Positions 50,719 through 64,000 of a stretch of DNA of 64,000 bases are shown one piece after another. Made by a program: the position numbers and the translations under genes. The DNA is taken from NCBI RefSeq assembly GCF_009914755.1, contig NC_060928.1. One strand, 5' to 3'. The notes under the pieces were generated by a model. The model did no database searches. It was not told the DNA's origin and was given only the letters and a program-made list of their open reading frames with translations. Position 1 is the first letter of the stretch. Each line of letters starts with the position of its first letter. Source of the DNA: the human T2T-CHM13v2.0 reference genome, Homo sapiens.

Positions 50719-53505
50719 CTGACTTTTCATTTGCTCAAAATGAATTTCATTTTAACTTTTTTAATCTTACATCTTAATATGAAGAAAGTTGACCTCTTCT
50801 TTTACCAATTCTAAAATTATATTTAATTTTTTTATATACATTATTAAGGAGGGAATAAAAAGACATTTTTACCTTCTGCTAAATATTTGCTCAAGCAAAA
50901 TATATCAGTTATGCAGTATTTACTGAGCTAGCTGTATTCAGAACACTGTAAAAGGCAGAGTGCTGTAATGTTCAAAGATTACTGTGGTGTGTTGCATTTT
51001 GCATTCCCAAGATAGTATTTTTTCCACAAATGCCCTTTTTAAGCACAGCATATACTCGGAGGGCCTCTGTAAGAATTTAAATGAGAATTCTTCAGAAGAA
51101 ATAGTGTTTCAGAGTATTAACATTTAAACCCCTACTAATCCTTGAATAGTACCAAATATCATTTCTTTTGAATCAGGATACTACTTTATGCTCAAAGAAA
51201 GCAAAACTGAACAAGTGGCTTGGAAGGCATAATTATAAAGCATTTGGGTAATTATAGATTTCTAGTCATGTCACCACAACGGATTTTAGTGTAGCTGTTA
51301 ATATTTCTGTTTTAAACTCTGATTTCCCTATAGCATATAACTTAAAAACTACATTTTTAAAAAACAATGCTGAAAATGGTCATAAAAGGACTTTAATAAG
51401 AAATATATAATTACTTTCTACTCCTTTTGCAGGCTGGGGGTATTAAGTCCTAAAACGAAGTTTTTGGTCATTTAATGACAATAAATTACTAAATATTTAA
51501 TACCTTATAGCATATGGTCTTTTCAATAACTCAGAAATACATTTAGTTTTAAATAAAATTTAATGTGAAAAAATAAAATTTTAATAGCTCTGATTTTATA
51601 AAGTTTACTTGGAAATACTTATATTTTAAAATGTAAAATATATAAATTATTAAATATTTTTAAAATAATTTTCAGAATGTGACTTAATTGCATATTTTTC
51701 ACCCTACTTAATATATTATCATCCAGAAAAAAAACTCTCAATACTTTAATACTTTTTTTAATGGCAGATATACCTTTAAAGTTGATGAAGTAGCAAGAAA
51801 CATTACACATATTTGTTTCATTTGTTTCAGTGTCATCATATTTGATATGCAACTAACAAGGGATAATGTCACATGTAAAAATATACAACTTCATGTAATC
51901 TTAATGTGTTACGAACAGAAAATATATGCAGTAATTTCTGTGTGATTTCTCCATTGAGCAATGACACCATCATTGAGATAAAATTCAAAGTGAATGCTGT
52001 AACCAGAGTTGAAAGTTTTACAATGCTTCCTGAAATAAATGTCACAAAATTTGATATATGCAACACATGCTACTCATATGTAAATTAACATATGGGGAGT
52101 GTATGTGAATCACTGTTTCTGTCGTTTATTTCATGGTGCTCTGTAAAATCTTTCAATTCTGCTTATTTTTCTTTTTTATTTCTCTCAAATGAACAAATCC
52201 TTTTCAATTACAGAGAAAAGTTCACATTAAAATACTGACACACTGGGTACTTCATTTATTTGAATTGGTCTTAAAAGAATGTCCTAGCTTTTATTTAAAT
52301 ACTTTTATGTGTCTATTTAAATAACTTTAATTTAAACTAATTAATCACTTTTAACTCCCTTTATGTCAACATACAACATTATATCATTTTTTGAATTGTT
52401 AATTTTACTCCTTAATTTCTGTCAATTCTAGTCAATATTCCACTTAAAGAAGAAATATATTTATTCTTCTTTGTCCTTACAAAATGAACCATCTGATCAT
52501 TTCATATTTATTAATTGCTTATATTTTATTGAATTCATTAAAGTTATATTCTGTCAATATTTTGTGACCCACGTCTTAACATGATATCTTACATTAAAAA
52601 ACAGAGAATGTTTAGGTAGAGAGGCAAAATATCCCTTTTTCTTAAGAATCTTGAGATCATTTACAGAGAATGGAACAAATATTTAAGTAATAGAAAACAA
52701 AAAAGAGTATCTTTGATTCCCTAACATTTCTGTGATTAATTGAAAAGTCTGAAAGTCAGTTCCTTTGAAAGAAAATTTTGAAAAATGAATAACATTTTAA
52801 TTTTTATTTCTTTCTATAAGATATAAGAAGTATGTCATAATGGCACTAAATTTTTGAAAAGCAAAACTATAAATAAGATAATGAAATAATACATAATGGT
52901 TTATACCACGTATATGCATAAAAATTTAAATATAAACCATGATTTTATTATTTTTATTTACTAGTTTAACTTCCAATTATGAGTATTTCTAATGAATGAG
53001 ATTTCAGAGGCAATTAAGAAAAGATGTTTTAAGTGAGCAATATGTTAAGCAATGTTGAGGATGTAGGCAATATGTTTAGAAAAGAGCAGTTGAAAGTCAG
53101 TGCAAGTTGAAGTGTAATAAGACACAAATGGAAAGGAATTGAATTTACAGTCGTATTTTGGAGGATCTTCAATGTGGCATTGTAAAGCTCATATCTAACA
53201 CAGGTGGGTATGAAAGCCAATGAAGGATTTGGAGTAGGATATGATATCAGGGGAAAATAGTATTTTGGAGAATTCATCTCTCAGTGTTTTGGTTTCTTTT
53301 GTTTTGGGGATTCATTTGTTAGACTGCAAATTATGAGAGCTGTGAGGCAGCTCTCAAGAGTGCATACAGAAACAGACAAGACAGACACAAATTTGTGGTT
53401 ATACCATAAATGAAGGGAGTAATTATCAGTTCATCTTGTGTCACAAGGAGATTACAATAATACTTTAGTTTTTATGACAACCATATCACATGTTTTATAC
53501 AAAAT

Positions 53506-54628
53506 TGTCACAGGATCCTTGGAGTGTCGCTTCACCAGCTGGAAACCTCTGTGGCGAGTGGAGCCTTCTGCCTGAGTATTGCTTGTACCTGCTGGACTCC
53601 TTCTGCCCACTTGGCCAGCAGGCTGCCCTTGGAGCTTCATTGAGTGACAGAACAGCTCTCAGGAGACCCAAAGTGGGTAGCTCCTTTCCGCCAGCAGGTC
53701 GTCCCAGTGAGTGTCCAGATCTCAGAGGAGAGGAGACCTGCAGTAGGTAGCTCATTTCCTCAGGCACCAGAACTAGGCAGCTCCTTTCCTCAGGAGTGTC
53801 ATCCTGACAGTGGAGGAGATCTAAAGTGGGTAGCTCCTTCCTGTAGCTGGTAGTCCCATATATCTGAGTCTGGCTGAGTCCAGGGGCTTTTGTGGGCTCA
53901 GAAAAGCAAAAGTGTGTGCTGATTAGTCTATGACTGGCCATGGGCAGGCCTGGAAAAAAACATTGTTAGTTCTCACTCCTGCTCAGAACTGCCAGAACTG
54001 GCAGCCCAGGACCAGGCTGCAGGCCATCCCTTGTTTGAGGGTGAGGTTTCACCAGGGACCTGCCTCTTTCTGCCCAGGAACCTCTTTGCCTCCCACTTTC
54101 AACATGCCTCCACGGTGCCCAGGCTGTTTTCACTGAGGGATGCCTCCGGGCCCATGCTAAGCTGCCCTCAGCTCCCCCTCCCCCACCTCCCTCACATGCT
54201 CATCAGTGCCCAGAGTGAGCTAAGGCATCAGGGCGCTGCTGGCATGTTAGCGCTGCACCAAGTGCATGCACACTGCCTGGGTTGCAACAGCACCAGGGCT
54301 CGGCCACATCTTTGCTCCACTGGGGAGCAGGTGCCAGGAGTGGGGAGAGACCAGGGAGCAGAAGCAGGTACTTCCAAGTCTGTGGAGGTAGGAGGGCTTC
54401 CTGGGCCCCTGAGAGCTCAGGGATGCCAGGGTCTGGAGCCACGGCTGGGCAGCTGCAGCTGCGCCTAAGAGCACAGGGTTCCCTCCCAGATGACTCAGTA
54501 GGGGGCAGCGCTCCTGCCTGCTCCTGGCTCCCATCAGCAATGTGGAGCACACAGCCCTGCCCATGCTTCTCCAACTGCAGCTGGTGTCCCTGCAGTGGCT
54601 GCTCCAAGATGTGCCACTGCTACCATCA
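53506..54628 (-). mobile_element. MER52 (ERV1) solo LTR, 1123 bp, with 4-bp TSD
   Basis: TGTCACAGGATCCTTGG..CA termini. The minus strand begins TGATGGTAGCAGTGGCACATCTTGGAGCAGCCACTGCAGGG, as in MER52. Repeated GTGGGTAGCTCCT modules. TSD AAAT at 53502-53505 and 54629-54632. Confidence 0.85.
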
Positions 54629-55182
54629 AAATGTTTAAAAAATTGTGTACCTGGCACATAGAAAATGAAACATGAATTTTTCCTTCATTTTTAGGAGTTA
54701 TTTTTCTTTTTGTTTTAATGGTTATAAATATAAAGATGATGGTTATTTTAGAGGTAGAATAAATGGAGTCATACATTGTCCTGAAATTTAGAATACTGAA
54801 AAAAAACGGGCTTCATCAATGTGTGAACGATTAAAATAATGTGCCATTAACAAATAATAAAGATTGAAATTGACCTTGTGGCAAAATTTAAACTTGTTTT
54901 AAAGAGAGAGTTGAAAAGTTAATTCTTTGATATGGTGAGTCTGAGACAACATAATTATATAGAAATAGGGCTTTTTATTGAGAAGTAGATATGTCAATCC
55001 AATAGACACTACCAATGTCTATAAAGATTTAAAGCTCCTCCAAGGGGGAGGATTACAAATTCCCACCATGTTGAACACAGACATGACTTCCTTTAATCCG
55101 TGAACTTTGTGTAGAAGTGCCACATAGTACTCTTGGATGGAAGCTTTACAAACTGGCATGTATGTGCTACTTCAAATTTCAA

Positions 55183-55316
55183 TTTTCTTTTCTTTCCCTT
55201 CTCTCCCTCCCTCCTCCCCTCTGTCCCTCCATCCCTCCCTCCCTCCCTCCCTTCCTGCCTTCCTGCCCCTCTCTCCACTTTCTTCTTTCTCTTTCTTTCT
55301 TTCTCTTTTTCTTTTT

Positions 55317-55376
<60 letters not shown>

Positions 55377-55469
55377 TTTCTTCCGTCCTTCCTTCCTTCC
55401 TTTTCTTTCTTCTTTCTTTCTCTCTCCCCTTCTTTCCCTCCTTCATTTTCTTTCATTCCTTTCTTTCCG

Positions 55470-55566
<97 letters not shown>

Positions 55567-55594
55567 CTCTCTCTTTCTCTCTTCTTTTTTTCTC
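55183..55594. repeat. About 410-bp polypyrimidine tract with (TCCC)n, (TTTC)n and (TTCC)n blocks; expanded tail of the adjacent Alu
   Basis: Almost purine-free on the + strand. Directly abuts the 3' end of the antisense AluJ. Confidence 0.95.
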
Positions 55595-55813
55595 TGGGTC
55601 TCACTCTTTCACCTAGGCTGGAGTGCAGTAGTGCAATCATTGTTCATTGTCCCTTCACACTCCTGGGCTCTAGAGATCATCCTGCCTCAGCCTCCTGATT
55701 ACCTGGGACTACAGATGCACGCTAACCCACCAGGAGATGCATGTTAACCTGCCAGGCTATCCTTTTTTTTTTTTTTTTGTAAAGATGGGTCCTTGTTTTG
55801 TTGCCCAGGCTGT
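55595..55813 (-). mobile_element. AluJ, 5'-truncated
   Basis: GGGTCTCACTCT..AGGCTGGAGTGCAGT..CTCCTGGGCTC..GATCATCCTGCCTCAGCCTCC..TGTTGCCCAGGCTG. Contains an internal 22-bp duplication near 55712-55755. Confidence 0.88.
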
Positions 55814-56394
55814 CCTTCATATTTCTTATTCTATGTAGAGGAGGCCCCATCACCAGGTTCCTGAGTGATCACATCACACAGAGCTAAATTTGAATCATGG
55901 AGAGGTGTAGCAAAAGTAGAAATAAACCTTTGTTGTTGTAAGCCAATAAAATATTAGTTATTGTTCCTGTAGCAAAACTTAGCCATTTTAATGATACATG
56001 TCCTCAAGAAGAAGTAGATGAAAGATAAGAATTGTAAGAAGGAAATGACCACCATTGTCAACCATTGCCTATTTTAAAAGAATGAGGCCTAAAAAAAATT
56101 TATACAGTCATCTGGAGGGTACAATTTTACTAGTTGTGTGAATGAAAGTTTACAAGCATTAAAGGATGAAATTGTTGTATTTCCTCTGCTGAATGTTACT
56201 ACCTAAAATTCAAATGTCATTCTGATGCTTGACTCTACAAATATTTTGCTTCATTTTGTTTTATCTCTTTCTCTGGAGCTCAAAAGAGGTTCTTTGGGTC
56301 TACAATGTTCTAAAAAGTCATAATGTGGTGTGTTTGCATATATTCCTAATATTCAGATGTTGTAACTCCAAATCTTCATGTGTAAACTTTGTTT

Positions 56395-56830
56395 TAAATG
56401 TTATTTTATTATATTTTAAGTTCTGGGGTACAAGTGCAGAACGTGCAGGTTTGTTACATAGGTATACATGTGCCATAGTGGTTCGCTGCACCCATCAACC
56501 TATGATCTATGTTAGGTATTTCTCCTAATGTTATCCCTCCCCTAACCCCCACCCCTCGACGGGCCCCAGCATGTGATGTTCCCCTCCCTGTGTCCATGTG
56601 TTCTCATTGTTCAACTCCCACTTATGGGCAAGAACATGTGGTGTTTGGTTTTCTATTCTTGTGTTAGTTTGCTGAGAATGATGGTTTCAGCTTCATTCAT
56701 GTCCCTGCAAAGGACATGAACTCATCCTTTTTCATGGCTGCATAGTATTCCATGGTGTGTATGTGCCACATTTTCTTTATCCTGTCTATCACTGATGGGC
56801 ATTTGGGTTGGCTCCAAGTCTTTGCTGTTG
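56395..56830 (-). mobile_element. L1PA (L1PA7-like) 3' end, 5'-truncated
   Basis: TTTAAGTTCTGGGGTACAAGTGCAGAACGTGCAGGTTTGTTACATAGGTATACATGTGCC..CCCTCCCTGTGTCCATGTGTTCTCATTGTTCAACTCCCACTTATG..CCCTGCAAAGGACATGAACTCATCC. Confidence 0.93.
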
Positions 56831-58005
56831 GGTATTTAATGTAATTAAGAATACAGGGAAAATAAGCTTAAAGGAGCTATTCAACTCCTCCTTTTTTTTA
56901 AGAAAGCAAAACACTCAGAGGTTGTCTAATGGGAACATCTTGTGGCATCTTTATGAATATTCATTTGGGAAAAATCTCTTCCAGTAGAACTCATGTGATC
57001 TGTGGGTGAAACAGAGAGAAAATAGGACACACACACTTGTGGGCTCTGGAATCATAGTGAGATGGACATGCTAAGCTGGAGAAAGAACAAGTCGAGAAGA
57101 GGTAGACGGGCCTGAGCTCCTGTTTTTGTGTGCATGCAGCGTCTAGAGCATGAGTTTAAGTGACTAAGACATCAACGCTTTTGATAATGTACAAAATTGA
57201 ATAAAAGCATTTCCACTGACAAATATAGTTATTTTATTTGATATTTTGCACTTTTTAAATTTGGCTCTATTTTCAGTTATTTTCCCTTCAATTTTACCTG
57301 CTAACTTTTCTGTTGAATTATTTTTTAGTTGCACTATTGTAATTTTAATTCCACAAAGTCTAATTTTTTCTCAGAAAGATGTATGTGTCTATTCTTTTTC
57401 ATAGATGTGATGTATTTACTTATTTTCCCCAGAATCTTAATGAGATTTTTTTGTGTGTGTGAAATCATCTCTATTCTGAATGCTGAGAATGGGAGGAAGG
57501 CTGGCTTGGATGTCTGAGTACATCCTCCCAAGCTATGCCTTTTGTCCCTTATTTCAGAAATCTTTTCTTTGACATTGTTCAAAGAATAAGTTTCCAGTTA
57601 TCTCCTCGGATGTGAGTGAAATCGTTTCCTAGCAATGATCAATGGGAAGAGATCTGAGTACTCAACTATCTCTTAAACTCTAAAACATTACTTTGTAAGA
57701 CAAATTTCTGTGACATTTTAGGGTATCCCAATTCCTTCAATTCCTGAAGATTCTGTGAGTAAATCAGTTTACTTTTTGATTTTCCTTACTGCTAGCTCTG
57801 ACTCAACATCCTTAGCTCCACTGAATAATTTTCTGTCTTCCACCTCCTTTCCAGATTCCAATAGTTTCCTATTAAAATTCTCACAATTTATTGTCTTTAG
57901 GGTTTATGGTAAACTTTTTACCACTTATGGATGCTTATCTTTTTTGAGATTTCAAGAAGTGGAAACTCAGGAGTTACCATTTTCTTTATTAAAAAACCAA
58001 AAAAA

Positions 58006-58321
<316 letters not shown>

Positions 58322-58328
58322 TTATTGA

Positions 58329-58634
<306 letters not shown>

Positions 58635-59096
58635 CTGTAATGAAATGTAATTCATATAGTATGCAAATTATTTATTTACCAAACCAAATCAATGTATTTT
58701 AGCTTTTAGCACACTGAGTTGTGCAACGATCACCACAGTTTAAATTTCAATATTTGCATTAGCTATTTTCACTTTAGGGAATGTTTGTATGTGAGTATAA
58801 ACACACACATAAACACACTTATGTTTCTAAATTTGTGCATATATATACATATGTGTGTTTGTACATATGTACATATGTACGTAATACATAGGCAGTTATG
58901 TGTGTCCATATACATTAACACATTCCAACAGGTCAACAAATCCTTCTTATCTTAGCAGCTTTTTTTAATTAGTTAATTGTTTTGAAAAAGAGGATGCCTC
59001 ATATTTTGATAATATTCATTGACTTTCAGATGTGGATCTCAGGTTTAAATCTTTCTGATAATGTTATTACCTTGATATTCTGACTTGTATCTCCCT

Positions 59097-59121
59097 GTGT
59101 GTGTGTGTGTGTGTGTGTGTG
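59097..59121. repeat. (TG)n microsatellite
   Basis: Directly visible. Confidence 0.95.
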
Positions 59122-59873
59122 CATGCACATGCACACGCATTTAATTTTACTTTTGTCCTCTGACAGATTAATGTTGATATATTTGTCATTAATGCTAAAA
59201 TATTTTTCCCCAAATTGTCATTTTTGTTTCATTAAGGCTATTTTTCTGGAAATAGGTTAATTTATTGGGTGTGCACCCAATTTTTAAAATCTTTTTCATC
59301 AATGTTTAGAAAGGCCATCACAAGATTGCTTTCGAATTATTTTTATATCCAGTTTACACTGACAATTTAGTGATATTACAACTTATGTGGGTTTATAATA
59401 TTAAAAGTTTGCATTGACGTCTCAAATATTTAGCAAAGTTTACTTTTCTATTTTTTCCATGATCGAAAATTAGTTTAATTTAGAATGTAGAGTAAAATCT
59501 TCTATTATTTAAACAATCTGGATATGAATTAGTCATAAAGGTTTCCTGTTTTCAAGTAAATATATATACACCTGTTTATATGAAATAATTAATAGAGTCA
59601 GTTGGCCTTTATAAGTTGGTGTATTTTATTGGCTATTTCTTGGAGCATACATGGCATCCCATATTTTTGGTGTCACTAGCTGGCTTTCAGATGGGTAACT
59701 TAGGTCTTAATTTGGCTGGATAATATTCTTTCTTTAGTACATTGACTTACTTTTATGTTCCTGAGTAACCTCTCCTCCCCACAACTATATACATTTTAAC
59801 ATTCTATTTGGAAACCTAAACTAGGAAAACAAATTGCAGTCAGCTTTTTTATTCTTCTTTATAATATGAAGAG

Positions 59874-59877
<4 letters not shown>

Positions 59878-59919
<42 letters not shown>

Positions 59920-60023
59920 CACACATATATATATACACACACATATATATATACACACATATATATACACACATATATATATATACACACACACACATAT
60001 ATATATAAACACACATATATATG
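59878..60023. repeat. Compound (TA)n / (TA)x(CA)y microsatellite
   Basis: About 19 TA units, followed by alternating CA and TA blocks. Confidence 0.95.
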
Positions 60024-61429
60024 TAGTTGAAAAAACAATAACATAATTAGATGTTGCTTTAGGCTTTTTTGTCCATCTCACATGCCCTGGACCTTTGGAT
60101 TGTGACAATCATCAGTGTCACAGATAGGAGAATTTGAGATGATAAGGTTTTCTGTAGTCTTTTGGAGAATAAACCCTGAGACCAGAGAAAGCAATGTATT
60201 GGTTTGTTTGGCAAAGTAATTTTTTTGTTGCAGTAATAGAGCAGCATGTGGATTAGAACAGACTCTTCAGGGTGCTATGGTAGGTTATACCTTTAAATTA
60301 CTAGAACTATAAATAGAAGGATATACAATGTCTGTACTAAAGAAGTGATGCTGCCATAAATGCACACAGTGTAGTATGTCATAGCACAACATTTAATAGG
60401 CAAGTGTATATGAACTCTTGATATGTATCTTTTTCTTGAAACAATTTTTTAAAATATCTCTAAATTTATTGTTTTTTAAATTTTGAACTGAAGGAGAAAA
60501 TAGCTATTTTGAAAATTCTGCCTGAAATGTGACTTAAGATTTAATGCAAACCATACAAAACACAACATTTATAATCATCTACTAATTATAAGGCACAATG
60601 TGGGAGCCACATTAATTTATTTTCAATGAAAATGTATGTACCAATGTAAATGAGCCTTGGACAGGCTCTAGACACGTATCACTTACAGTCAAAATGTAGA
60701 CTAATTTCATTTGAAGAGATATTTATCCTGGTTTCCAAGAGATAATCAAGCATGATCTGAGCATATTAGAGAGAATAAATAGTCTGCAAAGTTTATGATT
60801 CTTAAACTTCATTCTCAAATCTTTATGTGCATTTTTTTTAGTACTAGCTGCATTTCTGAAGTGCAGCTTCTGGAAATTCCATTAGGAGCCACATCTGTGT
60901 AGTCATAATATATGTTCATTGAAGAAAGCGATTTTTAAGAGATTCATGAAGCTTTAGGAGTTTAGCACAAAAGTGGCCCTGCTGGTGGAAATGCACCCTT
61001 CATAAATGAACACTTTGAGTGGATGAGGCAGTACATCACAACAGATCAATAATCAGCATGATGTACTGTCTCATGGCAAACTTTCTCTTCCCCGTACAAC
61101 ATATAATAGATCAATAGGAAAATAATTCCAAGCATAAAGTTACTGGCAAATAATTATGTTTGAATTATTTCCTTTGAATATTTTTCCTCTGGTATTTCAG
61201 TTCAGTTTAAACACACAGAAAAAGGCAGAGTAATAAAATTTAATCAGGTAAGAAACAATTTGGAATATAGTTGACCTGCTTCCCATAAAAGTACTAACTT
61301 GTCAATTATTTTGCTTAGGAGTTTCTCCCCAATCCCCATCCCACTCTTGATAATTGTATATTTTTTCTTCACCAGTGACAAATATAGACCCAGGACAATC
61401 CAACAGGATATGTTTCCCTTTCAAATTCT

Positions 61430-61810
61430 GACTTATGCAATAAGCATTTTTTATAGAGTGCCTCTAAATATTTCAGACTCGGTTTGCAGTACTGAGGATA
61501 CAATTATGAAGGAGATATCACTGTTTTCAAGTTGTGGACTCTTCAGGGGAAGACACACAATAATAAAAGTACATTTAAGACTATGTGGTAAGTGCTATAC
61601 GGAAGTTGCATGATGGATATGCTGTGAGTGGAGAGCTATGTGCAGCTGGTCAGCTTCTAGGTATCATGAAAAGCCTTGCAAATAATGCAAAGTCTCAGAT
61701 GGTGTAAGAAGGAAAGAGAAGTTAGATGTATCCCGAACACTAGCAGGAAAAGTGGAAAGTCAGGGAAAATGCACAGAGGTGGCAGATAAGTAGGTATGTT
61801 ACAGAAACTC
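61430..61810 (-). mobile_element. L2 fragment
   Basis: AATAAGCATTTTTATAGAGTGCCT..GTACTGAGGATACAA..GGGGAAGACAC..TGTGGTAAGTGCTAT..ATGCTGTG. Confidence 0.65.
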
Positions 61811-61847
61811 CTGTTTATGTTAGAAGCTCACCAAAACTAAGAAACTA

Positions 61848-61926
61848 TTACATTGGTGCAAAAGTTGTTGCGGTTTTTGCCATATTTTCAATAGCAAAAC
61901 CCGCAATTACTTTTGCACCAAAGTAA
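61848..61926. mobile_element. MADE1 MITE (Hsmar1-derived), 79 bp, TA TSDs
   Basis: TTACATTGGTGCAAAAGTTGTTGCGGTTTTTGCCAT..ATAGCAAAACCCGCAATTACTTTTGCACCAAAGTAA. TA at 61846-61847 and 61927-61928. Confidence 0.93.
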
Positions 61927-62059
61927 TATCTGCTTAATAAAGCTCAGAGAGAAGCATATGAGGTCTTATGATTTCCATAGCCAGAAAATGGTAGATCTGC
62001 CATACCTCAGTCCTTGGAAATAAATCAGAACCTTCAAATGTAGTCATAATTGGAAACTT

Positions 62060-62352
62060 TTTTTTTTTTTCAGAGAGGGAGTCTTGCTCTGTCACCCAGG
62101 CTGGAGTGAAGTGGCATGATCTCAGCTGACTGCAACCTCTGCCTCCTGGGTTCAAGCAATTCTCCTGCCTCAGCCTCCTGAGTAGCTGGGATTACAGGCG
62201 CCCACCACCACACCTGGCTAATTTTTGTATTTTTAGTAGAGATGGGCTTTCACCACATTGGCCAGGCTGGTCTCGAACTCCTGACCTCATAATCCACCCG
62301 CCTTGGCCTCTGAAAGTGCTGGAATTATAGGTGTGAGCCACCGCGTCTGGCT
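62060..62352 (-). mobile_element. Alu (AluSg-like)
   Basis: Full antisense Alu. TSD GGAAACTT at 62052-62059 and 62353-62360. Confidence 0.95.
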
Positions 62353-62399
62353 GGAAACTTAATTTTTTTAAATGATATTGGCCAATTGTCATATAATTG

Positions 62400-62940
62400 C
62401 CTGTCCAGTATCTAAATGCTGAATCTCCCCCACATTTTGAAATCCCCCCCACTGTGTAAATAAGTATTATTGGGGAGGAGAATTCATCTGTTACTGTAAT
62501 AGCTCATTCAGGCAATTCTTCCTACATAGTGAAAACACATGACTTAGCCAATCAAATGCATCCATCTAGCATGTATATTCAATATCTAGTGATACAAGAA
62601 CAAGGATAGTAAAAAATTCATCTTAGCGGGTAGCTATGGAAGTGGTAGCAATACTGAGTTTCCAAGGGTACTTTCCAAATGGTGCTGCCAAGTGCTGGCA
62701 GCGTCTACAATGCAAGCTATGGTACATGGTATCTAGCAGTGGTAATAGTAGTTCTCACCAGATGTACTGATTTTCCATGACTACTTTCTTAGTCATGTTC
62801 TATATCTGCCTGATTTTCCAAGCTAAGTGCACCGCTGTTATGGAAGCTGTGAATTGCCTAAATCCTTTCAATAAATTCCTTTAATGTTTAAAATGATCTC
62901 AATAAAGATAAGTACTTATACCTAACAATCCAGCTAATGT
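62400..62940 (+). mobile_element. Diverged ERVL-class LTR (family uncertain)
   Basis: GAAATCCCCCCACTGTGT..CACATGACTTAGCCAATCAAATGCATC..CCTTTCAATAAATTCCTTT; LTR-like CCAAT and AATAAA layout. Confidence 0.4.
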
Positions 62941-63635
62941 GTGCATATCACAATATGACTGCTGACACAAGTTTTCACAGTTTTATGGACAATTTTATCA
63001 ACTTAGAGCATAAGTCACACCCACAGGCTTTATATAAATACTTAAGCTCCCTCAAAAATCCCTATCCACTTCCTTCATCTTGGTTATCAAATGGTAGCAT
63101 GCAAGATATGTAAAATCATCCTCATTGACTTCTTTTTCTCAGAAATAATTGATGGGAGCATATGGACATTTTATTTGAAGAATAAAGAAGAGTCAAGTAT
63201 GCATTAAGGATTTGCACAGATAGAAATGTAGATGAAAATCATCACATAGGGTAAGTCAAGTGGATATTCAACCCAACGGATCAGTATGCTTGGAGAACAT
63301 GTTATCTAATGAGGAATCATTGAGGATGAGGCTGACAAAGAGGTAAGCAAGGATTAGGTCATAAAAAACAGTTTACATTAGGCTATCAGATTTGGATTTA
63401 ATCCTGTAGACAAATGCTTCACAAAACATATTTGTCTGCAAATCTTCTAGACATGTAAAAAGGAAAAAAAACAGAAAAGTACAGATTATTTAGTCTCAAC
63501 TTCAGTGTTTAAGATTTAAGTAAGTTAAAGATAGGTTAAAAATGGCATTAAAATTCAGCACTTTGGGAAATTTGAAATGAGTAATACAGTAATATATTTT
63601 GGGGAACTTCACTTCGGTTCTCTGACAATTTATTC

Positions 63636-64000
63636 CTTCATTTAGTCAGTCACTTAACACATTGAAAATCCCAGTGTGGATTCCAGATATTGAGAATACA
63701 GAAGTTAATGCTTGAGAGAGACATCAGCCCTCATGCAGCTTACATTCTAGTATTTTGCATGTAGTAGTGGTAGAGAGGAGGAGGAAACCAATAAACAAAT
63801 AAAAAGTTAAATGGATATGTTGCACAGAAAATTAAAGTGAAGTAAGAATGAGTTAGTGTGTTTGGAATCCACGTTTTATGGTTAATCAGAAAAGCGCTTC
63901 TTTGAAGGAGATAGCTGTGGAAAGATGTAAAATGCACCAAGAAAGAAGCTGTAAAATACCCTAAAGAACAGCAAATACAAATACCAGAACTTGGAATGTG
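63636..64000 (-). mobile_element. L2 fragment
   Basis: TTCATTTAGTCAGTCACTTAACAC..GAGAATACAGAAG..GCCCTCATGCAGCTTACATTCTAGT..ATCAGAAAAGCGCTTCTTTGAAGGAGAT. Confidence 0.7.

Larger units (their letters stand above)
54990..55998 (+). mobile_element. MLT1J-like LTR split by an AluJ insertion
   Basis: Left part AGAAGTGCCACATAGTACTCTTGGATGGAAGCTTTA. Right part CCTGAGTGA..GAAATAAACCTTTGTTGTTGTAAGCCA..GTAGCAAAACTTAGCC..TGATACA. Confidence 0.55.

Noticed and set aside
53452-54776. Cluster of 118-148 aa ORFs on both strands
   Set aside because: They fall inside the GC-rich MER52 LTR, where stop-codon scarcity and internal repeats explain them.
55093-55747. Longest ORFs in the window (193-204 aa F/L/S-rich; K/E/R-rich on the minus strand)
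   Set aside because: They are translations of the (TTTC)n tract and AluJ, which lack stop codons because of their composition.
60972-60990. CTCF-like motif (reverse strand CCACCAGCAGGGCCAC)
   Set aside because: It mismatches the GGGGGCGC half of the core, which is too weak to call without ChIP data.

Overview
This is AT-rich, CpG-poor primate genomic DNA, most likely human or great ape, because it carries AluY/AluYd, THE1, L1PA and MADE1 elements. It looks intergenic or deep-intronic. I find no supportable protein-coding exon, tRNA, rRNA or CRISPR array; the ORF track is explained by repeats, low-complexity DNA and chance. The window is a mosaic of transposon remnants: a Tigger1 3' end, a near full-length THE1 MaLR provirus, solo LTRs (LTR1, THE1B/D, MLT1, MLT2, MER52, LTR16/33-like), about 10 Alus, L1/L2/MIR fragments, MER3, MER58A, MADE1 and microsatellites. 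Family names come from my recall of consensus sequences, not from a database search. I do not see a new multi-gene system. The most unusual signal is a recurring set of short inverted or templated duplications that look like template-switch products: a perfectly periodic 33-bp palindromic minisatellite in the THE1 5' LTR, a 35-bp-arm hairpin at 14.05 kb, a direct-inverted-direct triplet at 20.85 kb and a hairpin inside an Alu at 38.2 kb. Also notable are a 116-bp tandem duplication that creates a TACTAAC plus splice-acceptor-like signal, and a closely spaced inverted Alu pair.
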